Of a stretch of DNA of 64,000 bases, positions 55,900 through 64,000 are shown piece by piece. Position 1 is the first letter of the stretch, and every line of letters begins with the position of its first letter. Under the pieces are notes generated by a model. It saw nothing but the letters and a program-made list of their open reading frames with translations, was not told the origin of the DNA and searched no databases. The translations under genes were made by a program, and so were the position numbers. This DNA is from Burkholderiales bacterium (GTDB lineage Bacteria; Pseudomonadota; Gammaproteobacteria; Burkholderiales; JAHFRG01), in NCBI GenBank assembly GCA_035518095.1, contig DATIXX010000035.1:30430-94429 (forward strand), given 5' to 3'.

Positions 55900-56343
55900 C
55901 TATCCCCGGACAATCAGGATAGGCGCATTGGCGATGCGAATAAATTCCTCCGCCACGCTTCCCATCAAAAGATACTCGAAACCGACTCTCCCATGCGTTC
56001 CCATAACCACCAGGTCCGCGTGCCACTTAGCTGCCTCTTCTCCAAGCACGGCCGCGACGCGGCCTTTTTTTGCATCGAGCAATCCTGTTTCCGGTTCCAC
56101 GCCAGACTTGCGGGCCGTATCGGCAGCCTTGTCCAGCAAGGTTTGGCCCAAATGGTGCAGTTTTTTTGAAAGTTCTTCGACATCGATAATGCCTTCCAGG
56201 TCATCATCGCTTGGCAGGCCGACATTCACCACGTGAACAATGCGCAATTTTGACTTCATTTCGGAAGCAAGCTTGATCGACTCTGCTAAAGCGTGTGCCG
56301 CCGTGCTGCTGCTGTCGAAAGGCAGTAGTATTCTTTTGTACAT
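55900..56343 (-). CDS. universal stress protein (UspA family)
   Basis: 147 aa. Contains MYKRILLPFDSS and GTHGRVGFEYLLMGSVAEEFI. Confidence 0.85.
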   Translation of the reverse strand: MYKRILLPFDSSSTAAHALAESIKLASEMKSKLRIVHVVNVGLPSDDDLEGIIDVEELSKKLHHLGQTLLDKAADTARKSGVEPETGLLDAKKGRVAAVLGEEAAKWHADLVVMGTHGRVGFEYLLMGSVAEEFIRIANAPILIVRG

Positions 56344-56572
56344 TGGATTTCCCCATGAAGAATTGTAATTTACTACGGTCTTGGCGAATCCTTGTCAGTC
56401 TGCGATATTTGCGCTCCCCGCGCACAAAACCGGGGGAACCGAAGCTGCGCTTGAAGAAATATTATCATAGGCTCAGCCCAAACGCCGTTGTGCATTACGG
56501 AAAAAACACGGGCATCCGCTTGTGGCATTTACCAAATATATAGGGTCGCCTTGTTGCAGCACATGCAGCGAA

Positions 56573-59317
56573 TCATTGCACGCCATCGCTAGGCGACAAT
56601 GTTCCCCTTTTTTTCTGCAGCGACCGCTTCTTCCAGAATGCAGGGATATCGGAACGGTAACGGCGCTGAACCAGATTGGCCACCAATCCGGTCCAGCCGG
56701 TCTGGTGCATCGCGCCCAAGCCTAATCCGGTCTCGCCGTGGAAGTACTCGTTGAACAGCAGCAGATCTTTCCAGTGCGGATCATGCTGGAACGGGCTATC
56801 CGGGGGCAAAGCCGGAACCCGTCCGTTTTCATCGCGTCGAAACATGTCAACCAGGCGTTCGGAAATCAGGTTGGCGATTTCTTTTAGCGTCATCTCTTGG
56901 TTGCTAACGCAGGGTACCGGCACCTTGAAGCTGTCGCCGAGATAGCGGTGGAATTTCTCAATCGCCTGGATCAAAGTGTAATTGGTTGGCATCCAGATCG
57001 GGCCGCGCCAATTGGAATTTCCGCCGAAAAGGCCGCTGTTGGACTCCCCGGGCACGTATTCGATAAGCGCTTGGCCGATGCCGGGAAGCACGCCGAGGTC
57101 GCGGCGCTTGGCGTGAATGCGCGAGACGCTGCGGATGCCGTAGCGCGAAAGGAACTCGTGTTCGGAGAGTAGGCGCATTAAGATTCGCGGCAACCACTCA
57201 GTATTGACCAGCGCCAACAAATGCTCGCCGCGTGCATTCGTCGCAACAGGGCAAGAACTTACTTTGTGGCCGTCGTAGTGGCCGCGGTAATGTTTTCCCA
57301 GAATCTTCTCAAAGCGCGGGGCCTTATCGAGCAGCCGCTTGTCCACGACTTCGCAGGCAAAAAGCGGAATAATTCCTACCCAGGAAAACACGTCGATGGG
57401 GCGCCACATGCCGTCCGGCGTAACCACTTGGTCCTTGAAAAAGCCATCCTTATCGTCCCACAGCGAAATGCGGCTTCCGGCATGGCCGGCAATGGCGTTC
57501 GCCATCGCCAGGAACTGCTCATAGCACTGAATCGCCACGTCCTCATAGTCTGATTGTTCTGCGGTGAGCTCCAGCGCCAGCAGAGTCATGTTTAGAGCGA
57601 ACATCGCCATCCAACCGGTCGCGTCGGCCTGCTTGAGCGCGTAACCTGGCGGCAGCGGCTGCGAGCGGTCATAGACTGAGATGTTGTCCAGACCAAGAAA
57701 ACCGCCTTCAAAAACATTGTGACCGTCGGAATCCTTGCGGTTCAGCCACCACGTGTAATTCATAAGCAGCTTATGGGTAACCCGTTGCAGGAAACGCAAA
57801 TCACCTTCGCCGCGTTGCACCCGCTCCGCGCGGAACACTTTCAGCGCAGCCATCGCCAGCACCGGCGGGTTGACATCGCCGAATGCCCACTCATAGGCTG
57901 GAATTTGGCCGTTGGGGTGCAGATAATATTCTTTTAGTAAAAGCTCGATCTGGTCCTTGGCGAAATCCACGTCCACCAGCGCCAGCGCGGCAGTATGAAA
58001 CGCGAGGTCCCAGGCGGCGAACCACGGGTATTCCCATTTGTCGGGCATCGATATGACATGCGCCGCCCTGAGATGACGCCAGCTGCGGTTGCGTCCTCCT
58101 TTGCGGCTTTCCGGCGGTCGCAGCGCATCGCCGTCGAGCCAGCGTGCCACGTCGTAATGAAAGAACTGCTTGCTCCAGATCATTCCCGCCAGTGCCTGAC
58201 GCAGGATATTGTGGTCCTGGGCGCTCGCTTCGGGCAAAAGCTCGTCGTAGAACACTGCTGCTTCCGACTCGCGCTGCGAGAAGATTATTTCCCGCCTGGC
58301 GAACGGTGAATCCAGCATGCGCGCCGCAAGCGTGAGCCCTATTCTCGCTGACTGGCCCGGCTCCACCTTCAGCACATGCCACGCGGCGAATTTGGTGCCT
58401 CGTTTTTCAGGATTCACCGCCGTTTTTTCCATGCCGATCACACAACGGTGGAACGCATCCTTGACATAAGGCGTCGGGTTCGGCAATCCCCAAAGGCGCT
58501 CCGCGTTGCTTTCGTTTTCGGTGTACAGGGTCTCCGCTTTATGCCGACCGTATAGAAAATAATCGCCCAACGCCTCATGGTGCGCCTGCACCGCCCACAT
58601 TGCGTCTTTGGGCGCCGCTATTTCACGCAGTGCGGGCATCGCGCCCGGCTCGCCCCACGACCAGGTATTGCGGAACCAGAGTTGCGGCAGCACGTGCAGC
58701 GCCGCGCTTTCCGGGCCACGGTTTGCGAAGATAATGCGAATATGAATCTCATCCGGGCTTGCTTTTGCATAGCGCACTTCCACGTCCCAGTAGCGGTTGT
58801 CGCGGAACACACCTGTGTCCAGCAAGTTAAATGGCGGGTCCTGGCGCGAGCGGCGCGCGTTCTCCTCGACCAGCCGGCGGTACGGATATTCCGCCTGCGG
58901 ATACTTATAGAGGTAACGCATGTAGCTATGTGAGGGCGTCGCATCCAAATAGAAGTAATATTCCTTTACGTCCTCGCCGTGGTTGCCCTGATTACCGGTA
59001 AGCCCAAACGCGCGCTCCTTGAGAATCGGATCGCGCCCGTTCCATAAGGCAAGCGCAAAACACAATCGTTGCTGCTCGTCACAGATGCCGCCCATGCCGT
59101 CTTCGCTCCAGCGGTAAACGCGCGAACGAGATTGATCGTGATCCAAATATTCCCATGCGGTGCCGCCCGGGCTGTAATCCTCGCGCACGGTCCCCCAGGC
59201 GCGTTCCGCCAGATAAGGACCCCACAGTCGCCAGTTTTCGCGCCCTTCATGCTGGGCGTTCAGCCGTTGACGCTCTTCATTTAAAGCAACATTCGATGCG
59301 TTCATCTCCTGATCCAT
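56573..59317 (-). CDS. GH63-like (MGH1/glucosidase-type) glycoside hydrolase
   Basis: 914 aa. The N-terminus NWRLWGPYLAERAWGTVREDYS...AWEYL and an (alpha/alpha)6-type C-terminal half match my recollection of this family. The family call needs an HMM check. Confidence 0.65.
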   Translation of the reverse strand: MDQEMNASNVALNEERQRLNAQHEGRENWRLWGPYLAERAWGTVREDYSPGGTAWEYLDHDQSRSRVYRWSEDGMGGICDEQQRLCFALALWNGRDPILKERAFGLTGNQGNHGEDVKEYYFYLDATPSHSYMRYLYKYPQAEYPYRRLVEENARRSRQDPPFNLLDTGVFRDNRYWDVEVRYAKASPDEIHIRIIFANRGPESAALHVLPQLWFRNTWSWGEPGAMPALREIAAPKDAMWAVQAHHEALGDYFLYGRHKAETLYTENESNAERLWGLPNPTPYVKDAFHRCVIGMEKTAVNPEKRGTKFAAWHVLKVEPGQSARIGLTLAARMLDSPFARREIIFSQRESEAAVFYDELLPEASAQDHNILRQALAGMIWSKQFFHYDVARWLDGDALRPPESRKGGRNRSWRHLRAAHVISMPDKWEYPWFAAWDLAFHTAALALVDVDFAKDQIELLLKEYYLHPNGQIPAYEWAFGDVNPPVLAMAALKVFRAERVQRGEGDLRFLQRVTHKLLMNYTWWLNRKDSDGHNVFEGGFLGLDNISVYDRSQPLPPGYALKQADATGWMAMFALNMTLLALELTAEQSDYEDVAIQCYEQFLAMANAIAGHAGSRISLWDDKDGFFKDQVVTPDGMWRPIDVFSWVGIIPLFACEVVDKRLLDKAPRFEKILGKHYRGHYDGHKVSSCPVATNARGEHLLALVNTEWLPRILMRLLSEHEFLSRYGIRSVSRIHAKRRDLGVLPGIGQALIEYVPGESNSGLFGGNSNWRGPIWMPTNYTLIQAIEKFHRYLGDSFKVPVPCVSNQEMTLKEIANLISERLVDMFRRDENGRVPALPPDSPFQHDPHWKDLLLFNEYFHGETGLGLGAMHQTGWTGLVANLVQRRYRSDIPAFWKKRSLQKKRGTLSPSDGVQ

Positions 59318-59355
59318 GGCAATCCGTTTCGCGGATTACTTTATTCTCGGCGGCT

Positions 59356-61428
59356 TTATTTAACCGCCAACGGCGTGTTTCCGGTCGCAGTTCGCGGTTT
59401 TTTCGCCCGCTCAAGCTGCAGCCAGGTTTCCAGTACGCAGCCGACAGACCATGCCTGGCACGGAGCGCCGCGCGGCGTATGCGGCGGCGCGCCGTCGAAA
59501 ATTTCGCTGATATTGCCAAGCGCCGCATCCAATAGATGATCCTCAAGCGGCTCGAGCCGCCGCTGTGCCGCCTTTGCGTCGCCGTGCACGCGGTATTCAG
59601 CCAAAACATAATGACCCAGCAGCCACGCCCACACCGGCCCTTGATGGTAACCCCCGTCGCGCACCATCACGCCACCGACGTAATAGGGGTGAAAATCCGG
59701 GTGCGAGGGAGAGAGCGAACGCAGTCCATAAGAACTAAGCAATTCCCTGCCGCAAAGCCGAACGACGCCGATTTGCGTGTCTTTATGCAGCGGGCTGTAC
59801 GGCAGACTCACCGCAAAGATCTGATTCGGGCGTACCGTGCTATCGGTTCCCTGCGGTCCGTCAAGCACGTCGTAAAGCCCGCCGTTTTCGCGATTGATGA
59901 ATCGCGAGAAACCATACCGCGTGCGCGCCGCCAGTTCCTGATAAATTTGCGCAGGCTGTTTGAGGTCGGTGGCGAATTGGGCCATGGATTGGAGTGCGTT
60001 ATACCACAGCGCGTTGATTTCCACCGGCTTGCCGATGCGCGGCGTCACAACCCGGTCGCCCACTTTGGCGTCCATCCAAGTGAGTTGTACCCCCGGTTCG
60101 CCTGCGCGCAACAGCGCATCTGCATCCATGCCAATTTCGTAGCGCGTGCCGTCGCGATAGCAGCGGATGATTTCCTGCAGTACCGGGAAAACCGCGCGCA
60201 GCGCCAATGCGTCGCGCGTGGCGGCGATATAGGCGCGCCAAGCCTCGATATACCATAAAGCGGCGTCTACTGTATTGTATTCCGGAGTGTCCCCCGCATT
60301 GGGAAAAACGTTGGGCAGCATGCCGCGTACTATAAAGTGCGCGAACGTTTGCAGAATGTTGCGCGCACAGTCGAATTGGCCCGTGGCCAGCGTTATGCCC
60401 GGCAGCGCGATCATGGTATCGCGCCCCCAGTCACCAAACCACGGATAGCCAGCAATGACCGACTGCCCATCAGGAAAGTCCGGTAGCGGCCGCGCAAAAA
60501 TAAACGTATTGGCCGCGAGTGCCATCTGATCCACCCATTGCGGCGCATCGATAAGTTCCGGCACCTGTACCTTGGCACGCCGGAGCAGTTCCGCATCTCG
60601 CCAGTGAAAGCGGCGCATTGCATCTTCGATAGCAGGTGAAGCCTGTTCGCTGAGGCTTGCGACAAAGCCCGCCCATTCCCCAGAGCGCAGTTCGAACGTT
60701 GCAACGCCTACGCACAAGTGGCTGTCGCGATCGGGCAGCCCGCGTTCGCGCTCAACGGGCAAATCGAAATTCTCGTACCAGTCATGGCGGCTTTCGATAC
60801 TCCCGCAGCAGGCGCGGAAATGCAGAGTAAACCAGTTGGGATGCCTCACTTTCAGACTTTGTGTTTGGCACTCGATCACCGGACTGAATTGCCCGGGCCG
60901 CGTGTTGACATGGTGATCGCGCGCGTTAATCAAGAGCTTGACCGAAAGCATGAGTTGTGTTTGCGGGGGCAGGGGATTCGGCTCGAGGCGGTAGGCTACG
61001 TATGTCGCGTTGGCTCCAGGCTCAAGCCAGATGCGCTGCTCGATCACATACTCGCCTATGGCGTAGCGCCAAACCGGCATGCGTCCGTCGAGATGGAAGG
61101 ATTCGATGTGCACGAAACCTTGCGGCTCCACCGCCCCGCTACTCCAGCGGTTGGTGGCGAGCGGCCAATCGCGCCGGCCGTCGTTCATTGTCGCATCGGC
61201 TTTGGCGAACACCAGATAGCGCCCGAGCGGCGGATTGACAGGCGCTATCAACAGTCCATGATAACGGCGCGTGAGAGTGCCGGCGATGGTGCCCGCGGCG
61301 TAACCGCCAAGTCCGTTGCCGAGCCACCATTCGCGGCGCTCGGCTTCAGCGAGATTTCCGCAAATTTCGCGCCCAAAACGAATGAAATTGGGCAGGAATG
61401 TTTTCAACATTGGAGCAGCCATGCTCAA
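59356..61428 (-). CDS. glycogen debranching enzyme (amylo-alpha-1,6-glucosidase, GDE_N + GDE_C)
   Basis: 690 aa. Contains EWWLGNGLGGYA..TRRYHGLL, GYPWFGDWGRDTMI and QAWSVG. Confidence 0.82.
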   Translation of the reverse strand: MSMAAPMLKTFLPNFIRFGREICGNLAEAERREWWLGNGLGGYAAGTIAGTLTRRYHGLLIAPVNPPLGRYLVFAKADATMNDGRRDWPLATNRWSSGAVEPQGFVHIESFHLDGRMPVWRYAIGEYVIEQRIWLEPGANATYVAYRLEPNPLPPQTQLMLSVKLLINARDHHVNTRPGQFSPVIECQTQSLKVRHPNWFTLHFRACCGSIESRHDWYENFDLPVERERGLPDRDSHLCVGVATFELRSGEWAGFVASLSEQASPAIEDAMRRFHWRDAELLRRAKVQVPELIDAPQWVDQMALAANTFIFARPLPDFPDGQSVIAGYPWFGDWGRDTMIALPGITLATGQFDCARNILQTFAHFIVRGMLPNVFPNAGDTPEYNTVDAALWYIEAWRAYIAATRDALALRAVFPVLQEIIRCYRDGTRYEIGMDADALLRAGEPGVQLTWMDAKVGDRVVTPRIGKPVEINALWYNALQSMAQFATDLKQPAQIYQELAARTRYGFSRFINRENGGLYDVLDGPQGTDSTVRPNQIFAVSLPYSPLHKDTQIGVVRLCGRELLSSYGLRSLSPSHPDFHPYYVGGVMVRDGGYHQGPVWAWLLGHYVLAEYRVHGDAKAAQRRLEPLEDHLLDAALGNISEIFDGAPPHTPRGAPCQAWSVGCVLETWLQLERAKKPRTATGNTPLAVK

Positions 61429-61715
61429 TCCTTGAGTCGGCGTTCGCTGTTACTCAAATGGCCGGCTACGCGCGGCGCTCAAGCATAATTGGCACTGCCG
61501 GATTGCCGCGGCCTGAACGCGGCAACGCGCTGCCGTCCAAAGCGTATAACTTTTCCCTGCTATGCACTTTGCCGCTAGGGTTGTCCCTTGCACAATTGCG
61601 CCGATGGCGATGTCGGGATCTTGTGTAGCGTTATTGTTCCGGCCCGGCGAATGCGACACCCAAATATTTATGTGCGAATCCCGGTCTCGTCAGGCTGCGG
61701 AACTGGGCATTCACT

Positions 61716-62543
61716 TCACTCAATCGCGAGAAGTATGACCTCGATGTCCTCGGTGATCTCTTCCTGACGCATCTGGTTCTGGCGCCTGGTGAGAACTTCG
61801 AGTTTTTCTTCAACCTTATTTATCGCGCGGTCCATATGCTCGAGACGCTTCTGGTTCTCCAACAACAACGAATCGTAATACATACCATGCAGCAGGGCGT
61901 ATAAGTACTGGTCGGCCAGTGCTAATAATAATTGCTGCGGCGGCAATGTCAGATAAGGCGGATAAGCCTGCAGCCGGGGTGGTTGCGGCAATTCGGGAAC
62001 CGGCAGCAGGCGGCGTGACTCGATACTCCGTTCCCGATAAAGCAGCACGGTGAACCCGACCGACTGCGTTTTATCGCCGTCGTCCAGCAAGGACCTGAAA
62101 TCATCAAGCAAACGGTTGAGTACCGTCGGCACTTCATCCGCCACGCTCGCGCCCTCGATGACGCGCGGCGCCGGAGTTCTTTCACCCCAAGTTTGCGCAA
62201 GCCGATTACCGATCATAATCATTTCCAGCGGCAGCGATGAGCCGTTGACAGTGGCCTCGATGGCGCTGACCAGGCGCGCGTTAAAATCGCCGCAGAATCC
62301 GCGTTCGGCTCCAATTACGCACAGCACATCACGCTGCGGGACCACGGATGACACATCGGGACGATAAAAGGCGGTGAAATCCGCTAACGCGGTTTCAATG
62401 ACTTGCACGGCCGAGCGCTGCGCTTCGATAAATGTGCTTATGCGCCTTGTCTCCACGAGTGCCAGCGACTTCATCGCGCGCAGAATTTCCTCTATCTCGC
62501 CAAGCGAAGATATGCGGCTAAGAATTTCGCGCCGTTTGGTCAA
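61716..62543 (-). CDS. atpG: ATP synthase gamma subunit, alternate (N-type) operon
   Basis: Starting at the TTG at 62543 gives [29 protein letters not shown], collinear with E. coli [28 protein letters not shown]. That start forms a TTGA overlap with the alpha stop. No beta gene follows. Confidence 0.8.
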   Translation of the reverse strand: MTKRREILSRISSLGEIEEILRAMKSLALVETRRISTFIEAQRSAVQVIETALADFTAFYRPDVSSVVPQRDVLCVIGAERGFCGDFNARLVSAIEATVNGSSLPLEMIMIGNRLAQTWGERTPAPRVIEGASVADEVPTVLNRLLDDFRSLLDDGDKTQSVGFTVLLYRERSIESRRLLPVPELPQPPRLQAYPPYLTLPPQQLLLALADQYLYALLHGMYYDSLLLENQKRLEHMDRAINKVEEKLEVLTRRQNQMRQEEITEDIEVILLAIE

Positions 62544-64000
62544 ACGGGGTCTCCGCTCAGCCACGCACGCACGGCGTCGACCCATTGTCTACGCTCCGCG
62601 TTAAGCGTCAATGCCGACTGATCCACGCCGCGGCGCAAATTTTGCAGCGCGTTTTCCAGCGTGTCTTTTTGCAGTCCGTTCAGCATGCCCTCGTTGAAAG
62701 CGACCAGCCAGGCGAGATGATATTCGATGGGCAAGGGATCGAGCCGCTGTTGCTTGAGAATTTCGCGCAACAGTTGTCCGCGCGCGATGCGCTCCTGCAT
62801 CGATGCTTCAAGTTTGGCGCCGAAGCGCGTGAAGACTTCCAGCTCCAGGAACTGCAGGTAATCCAGTTTCATCCGGCCGGCTTCGCGCTTGATGGCATCG
62901 GTCTGCGCTTTGCCGCCGATGCGTGAAACCGAGCGAGTGATGTCAATCGCGGGTCGCACGCCGCGTGCGAACAGGCCGGGGTCAAGATAAATCTGTCCGT
63001 CGGTGATCGAAATCAGGTTGGTGGGGATATAGGCCGCGATCTCGCCCTCTTCCGTCTCCACGATCGGCAGCGCGGTCATCGAGCCGCCCCCGCGACTTGC
63101 GGCAAGCGCTATCGAGCGTTCAAGAAGGCGCGCGTGCAGGTAAAAGATATCTCCTGGAAATGCCTCGCGGCCCGGCGCCCGCCGCAGCAGCAGCGAAAGT
63201 TCACGGTAGCTGCGCGCATGCGTGGTCAAATCATCGTACACAATCAGCGTGTCATGCCCGCTATGGGTCCATTCCTCCGCTATGGCGCAGCCTGCGAACG
63301 GCGCGAGGTATTTAAGCCCTGGCGTGGCGGTCGCTTCTGCAACAACCACTGTCGAATAGTCGAGCGCGCGGTTGCGCCGCAGAATATTGACGGTCTGCAC
63401 AACTGTCGAGCGTTTTTGACCGATCAACACATATACGCAACGCACGTTGCGACCGCGCTGATGCACCACTGCGTCGAGGGCGAGCGCGCTTTTGCCGGTG
63501 CCGTTGTCCCCTATGATCAGTTGCCGCTGCCCTTTGCCGATCGGCAACATGGTGTCGACGATCTTGCTGCCTGTGTAAAGCGGGCGCGTCACGAAATCGC
63601 GCTCCACGATTCTGGGCGATTTGACGTCCAGAGCGCGCCGCGCAACGCAAACGGGGTCGCGCTGGCCGTCGAGCGGCCGACCCAGCGGATCGATCACCCG
63701 ACCCAGCAGGGGATCGCCGACGCCGACATCAAGGTTTCGCCCGGATAACAGCACCCCCGTGCCTGCCTTGACCGAGTTGGTCTGCCGCAACATGATGGCG
63801 CCGATCACGTCAGGCAGGAGGCAAAACACGACGGCGTCACTGCCGTCTTCGAAAGTAAGCAACTCTTCGATGCGCGCCGACGGCAGTCCTTTGATCCAGG
63901 CGATGCCGTCGCCGACCGAGTTTAACTCGCCGCGCTCAAAGACGCGGAGGCCGAAGCGGTAGCGCGTAATTGCCTGTTCCTGGAGCGCAAGCGGCGATTC
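62540..64000 (-). CDS. atpA: ATP synthase alpha subunit, alternate (N-type) operon; 5' end at or beyond the window edge
   Basis: Walker A GDNGTGKS. The frame stays open past the ORF-track TTG (63862) up to 64000 ([40 protein letters not shown]...). Confidence 0.88.
   Translation of the reverse strand, partial: ESPLALQEQAITRYRFGLRVFERGELNSVGDGIAWIKGLPSARIEELLTFEDGSDAVVFCLLPDVIGAIMLRQTNSVKAGTGVLLSGRNLDVGVGDPLLGRVIDPLGRPLDGQRDPVCVARRALDVKSPRIVERDFVTRPLYTGSKIVDTMLPIGKGQRQLIIGDNGTGKSALALDAVVHQRGRNVRCVYVLIGQKRSTVVQTVNILRRNRALDYSTVVVAEATATPGLKYLAPFAGCAIAEEWTHSGHDTLIVYDDLTTHARSYRELSLLLRRAPGREAFPGDIFYLHARLLERSIALAASRGGGSMTALPIVETEEGEIAAYIPTNLISITDGQIYLDPGLFARGVRPAIDITRSVSRIGGKAQTDAIKREAGRMKLDYLQFLELEVFTRFGAKLEASMQERIARGQLLREILKQQRLDPLPIEYHLAWLVAFNEGMLNGLQKDTLENALQNLRRGVDQSALTLNAERRQWVDAVRAWLSGDPV

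Noticed and set aside
55801-56370. AATTGTAATT 10-mer on both sides of the USP gene 55900..56343
   Set aside because: Repeated 10-mers are expected many times in 64 kb, and there is no extended similarity or terminal-repeat structure around them.
59536-61488. Plus-strand ORFs of 240 and 256 aa opposite the debranching-enzyme gene; likewise 31269..31937 opposite hemN and 63134..63748 opposite atpA
   Set aside because: They lie opposite confidently identified genes, and their translations are Arg/Ala-rich with no recognisable domains.
61490-61506. TGGCAC...TTGC resembling a sigma-54 promoter
   Set aside because: The GG-to-GC spacing is 2 nt too long, and no plus-strand gene lies downstream.
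1-64000. Search by eye for CRISPR arrays, tRNA/rRNA genes, IS elements, integrases, toxin-antitoxin or phage-defence cassettes
   Set aside because: I found no direct-repeat/spacer periodicity, no T-loop/anticodon-arm structures, no transposase/integrase-like ORFs and no terminal inverted repeats. The island appears to be old chromosomal DNA rather than a recognisable mobile element.

Overview
The window looks like a moderate-GC proteobacterial chromosome segment, probably from a betaproteobacterial litho- or methylotroph (an inference from gene content only). I found no rRNA, tRNA, CRISPR, transposase or integrase. There are four blocks. (1) 0-19 kb is a PQQ/quinoprotein accessory region. It holds pqqABCDE plus a second, orphan pqqA; both pqqA genes are 24 codons and so fall below the ORF-track cutoff. 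An ABC-2 transporter overlaps the pqqE stop (ATGA). A tightly overlapped tonB-MBL-pip-HK-LuxR operon and a YVTN beta-propeller are also here. A sensor kinase/sigma-54 activator pair is flanked by two near-consensus sigma-54 promoters: one drives a porin, the other drives an ~85-nt terminator-bounded candidate sRNA. (2) 19-23 kb holds mltB and a PAS kinase/FixJ-type pair. (3) ~23.8-56.4 kb is a low-oxygen/dormancy-type island decorated with FNR boxes (TTGAT-N4-ATCAA), and it encodes an FNR with all four Fe-S cysteines. Its genes include five USPs, Hsp20, HPF, a CBS protein, HemN, a globin, dodecin, HiPIP, cytochrome c4, three P-type ATPases (Mg, Cu, Ca-like), Zn-ADH, a Pat-type acetyltransferase, a PRPP-synthetase-like protein, a beta-CASP hydrolase, a GGDEF protein and a hybrid kinase. 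(4) 56.5-64 kb holds a GH63-like glucosidase, a glycogen debranching enzyme, and the terminal alpha-gamma genes of an alternate (N-type) ATPase operon. Two gene relics (a PAP2 3' end and a cytochrome c half) mark past rearrangements. All function calls come from motif reading by eye; no searches were run.
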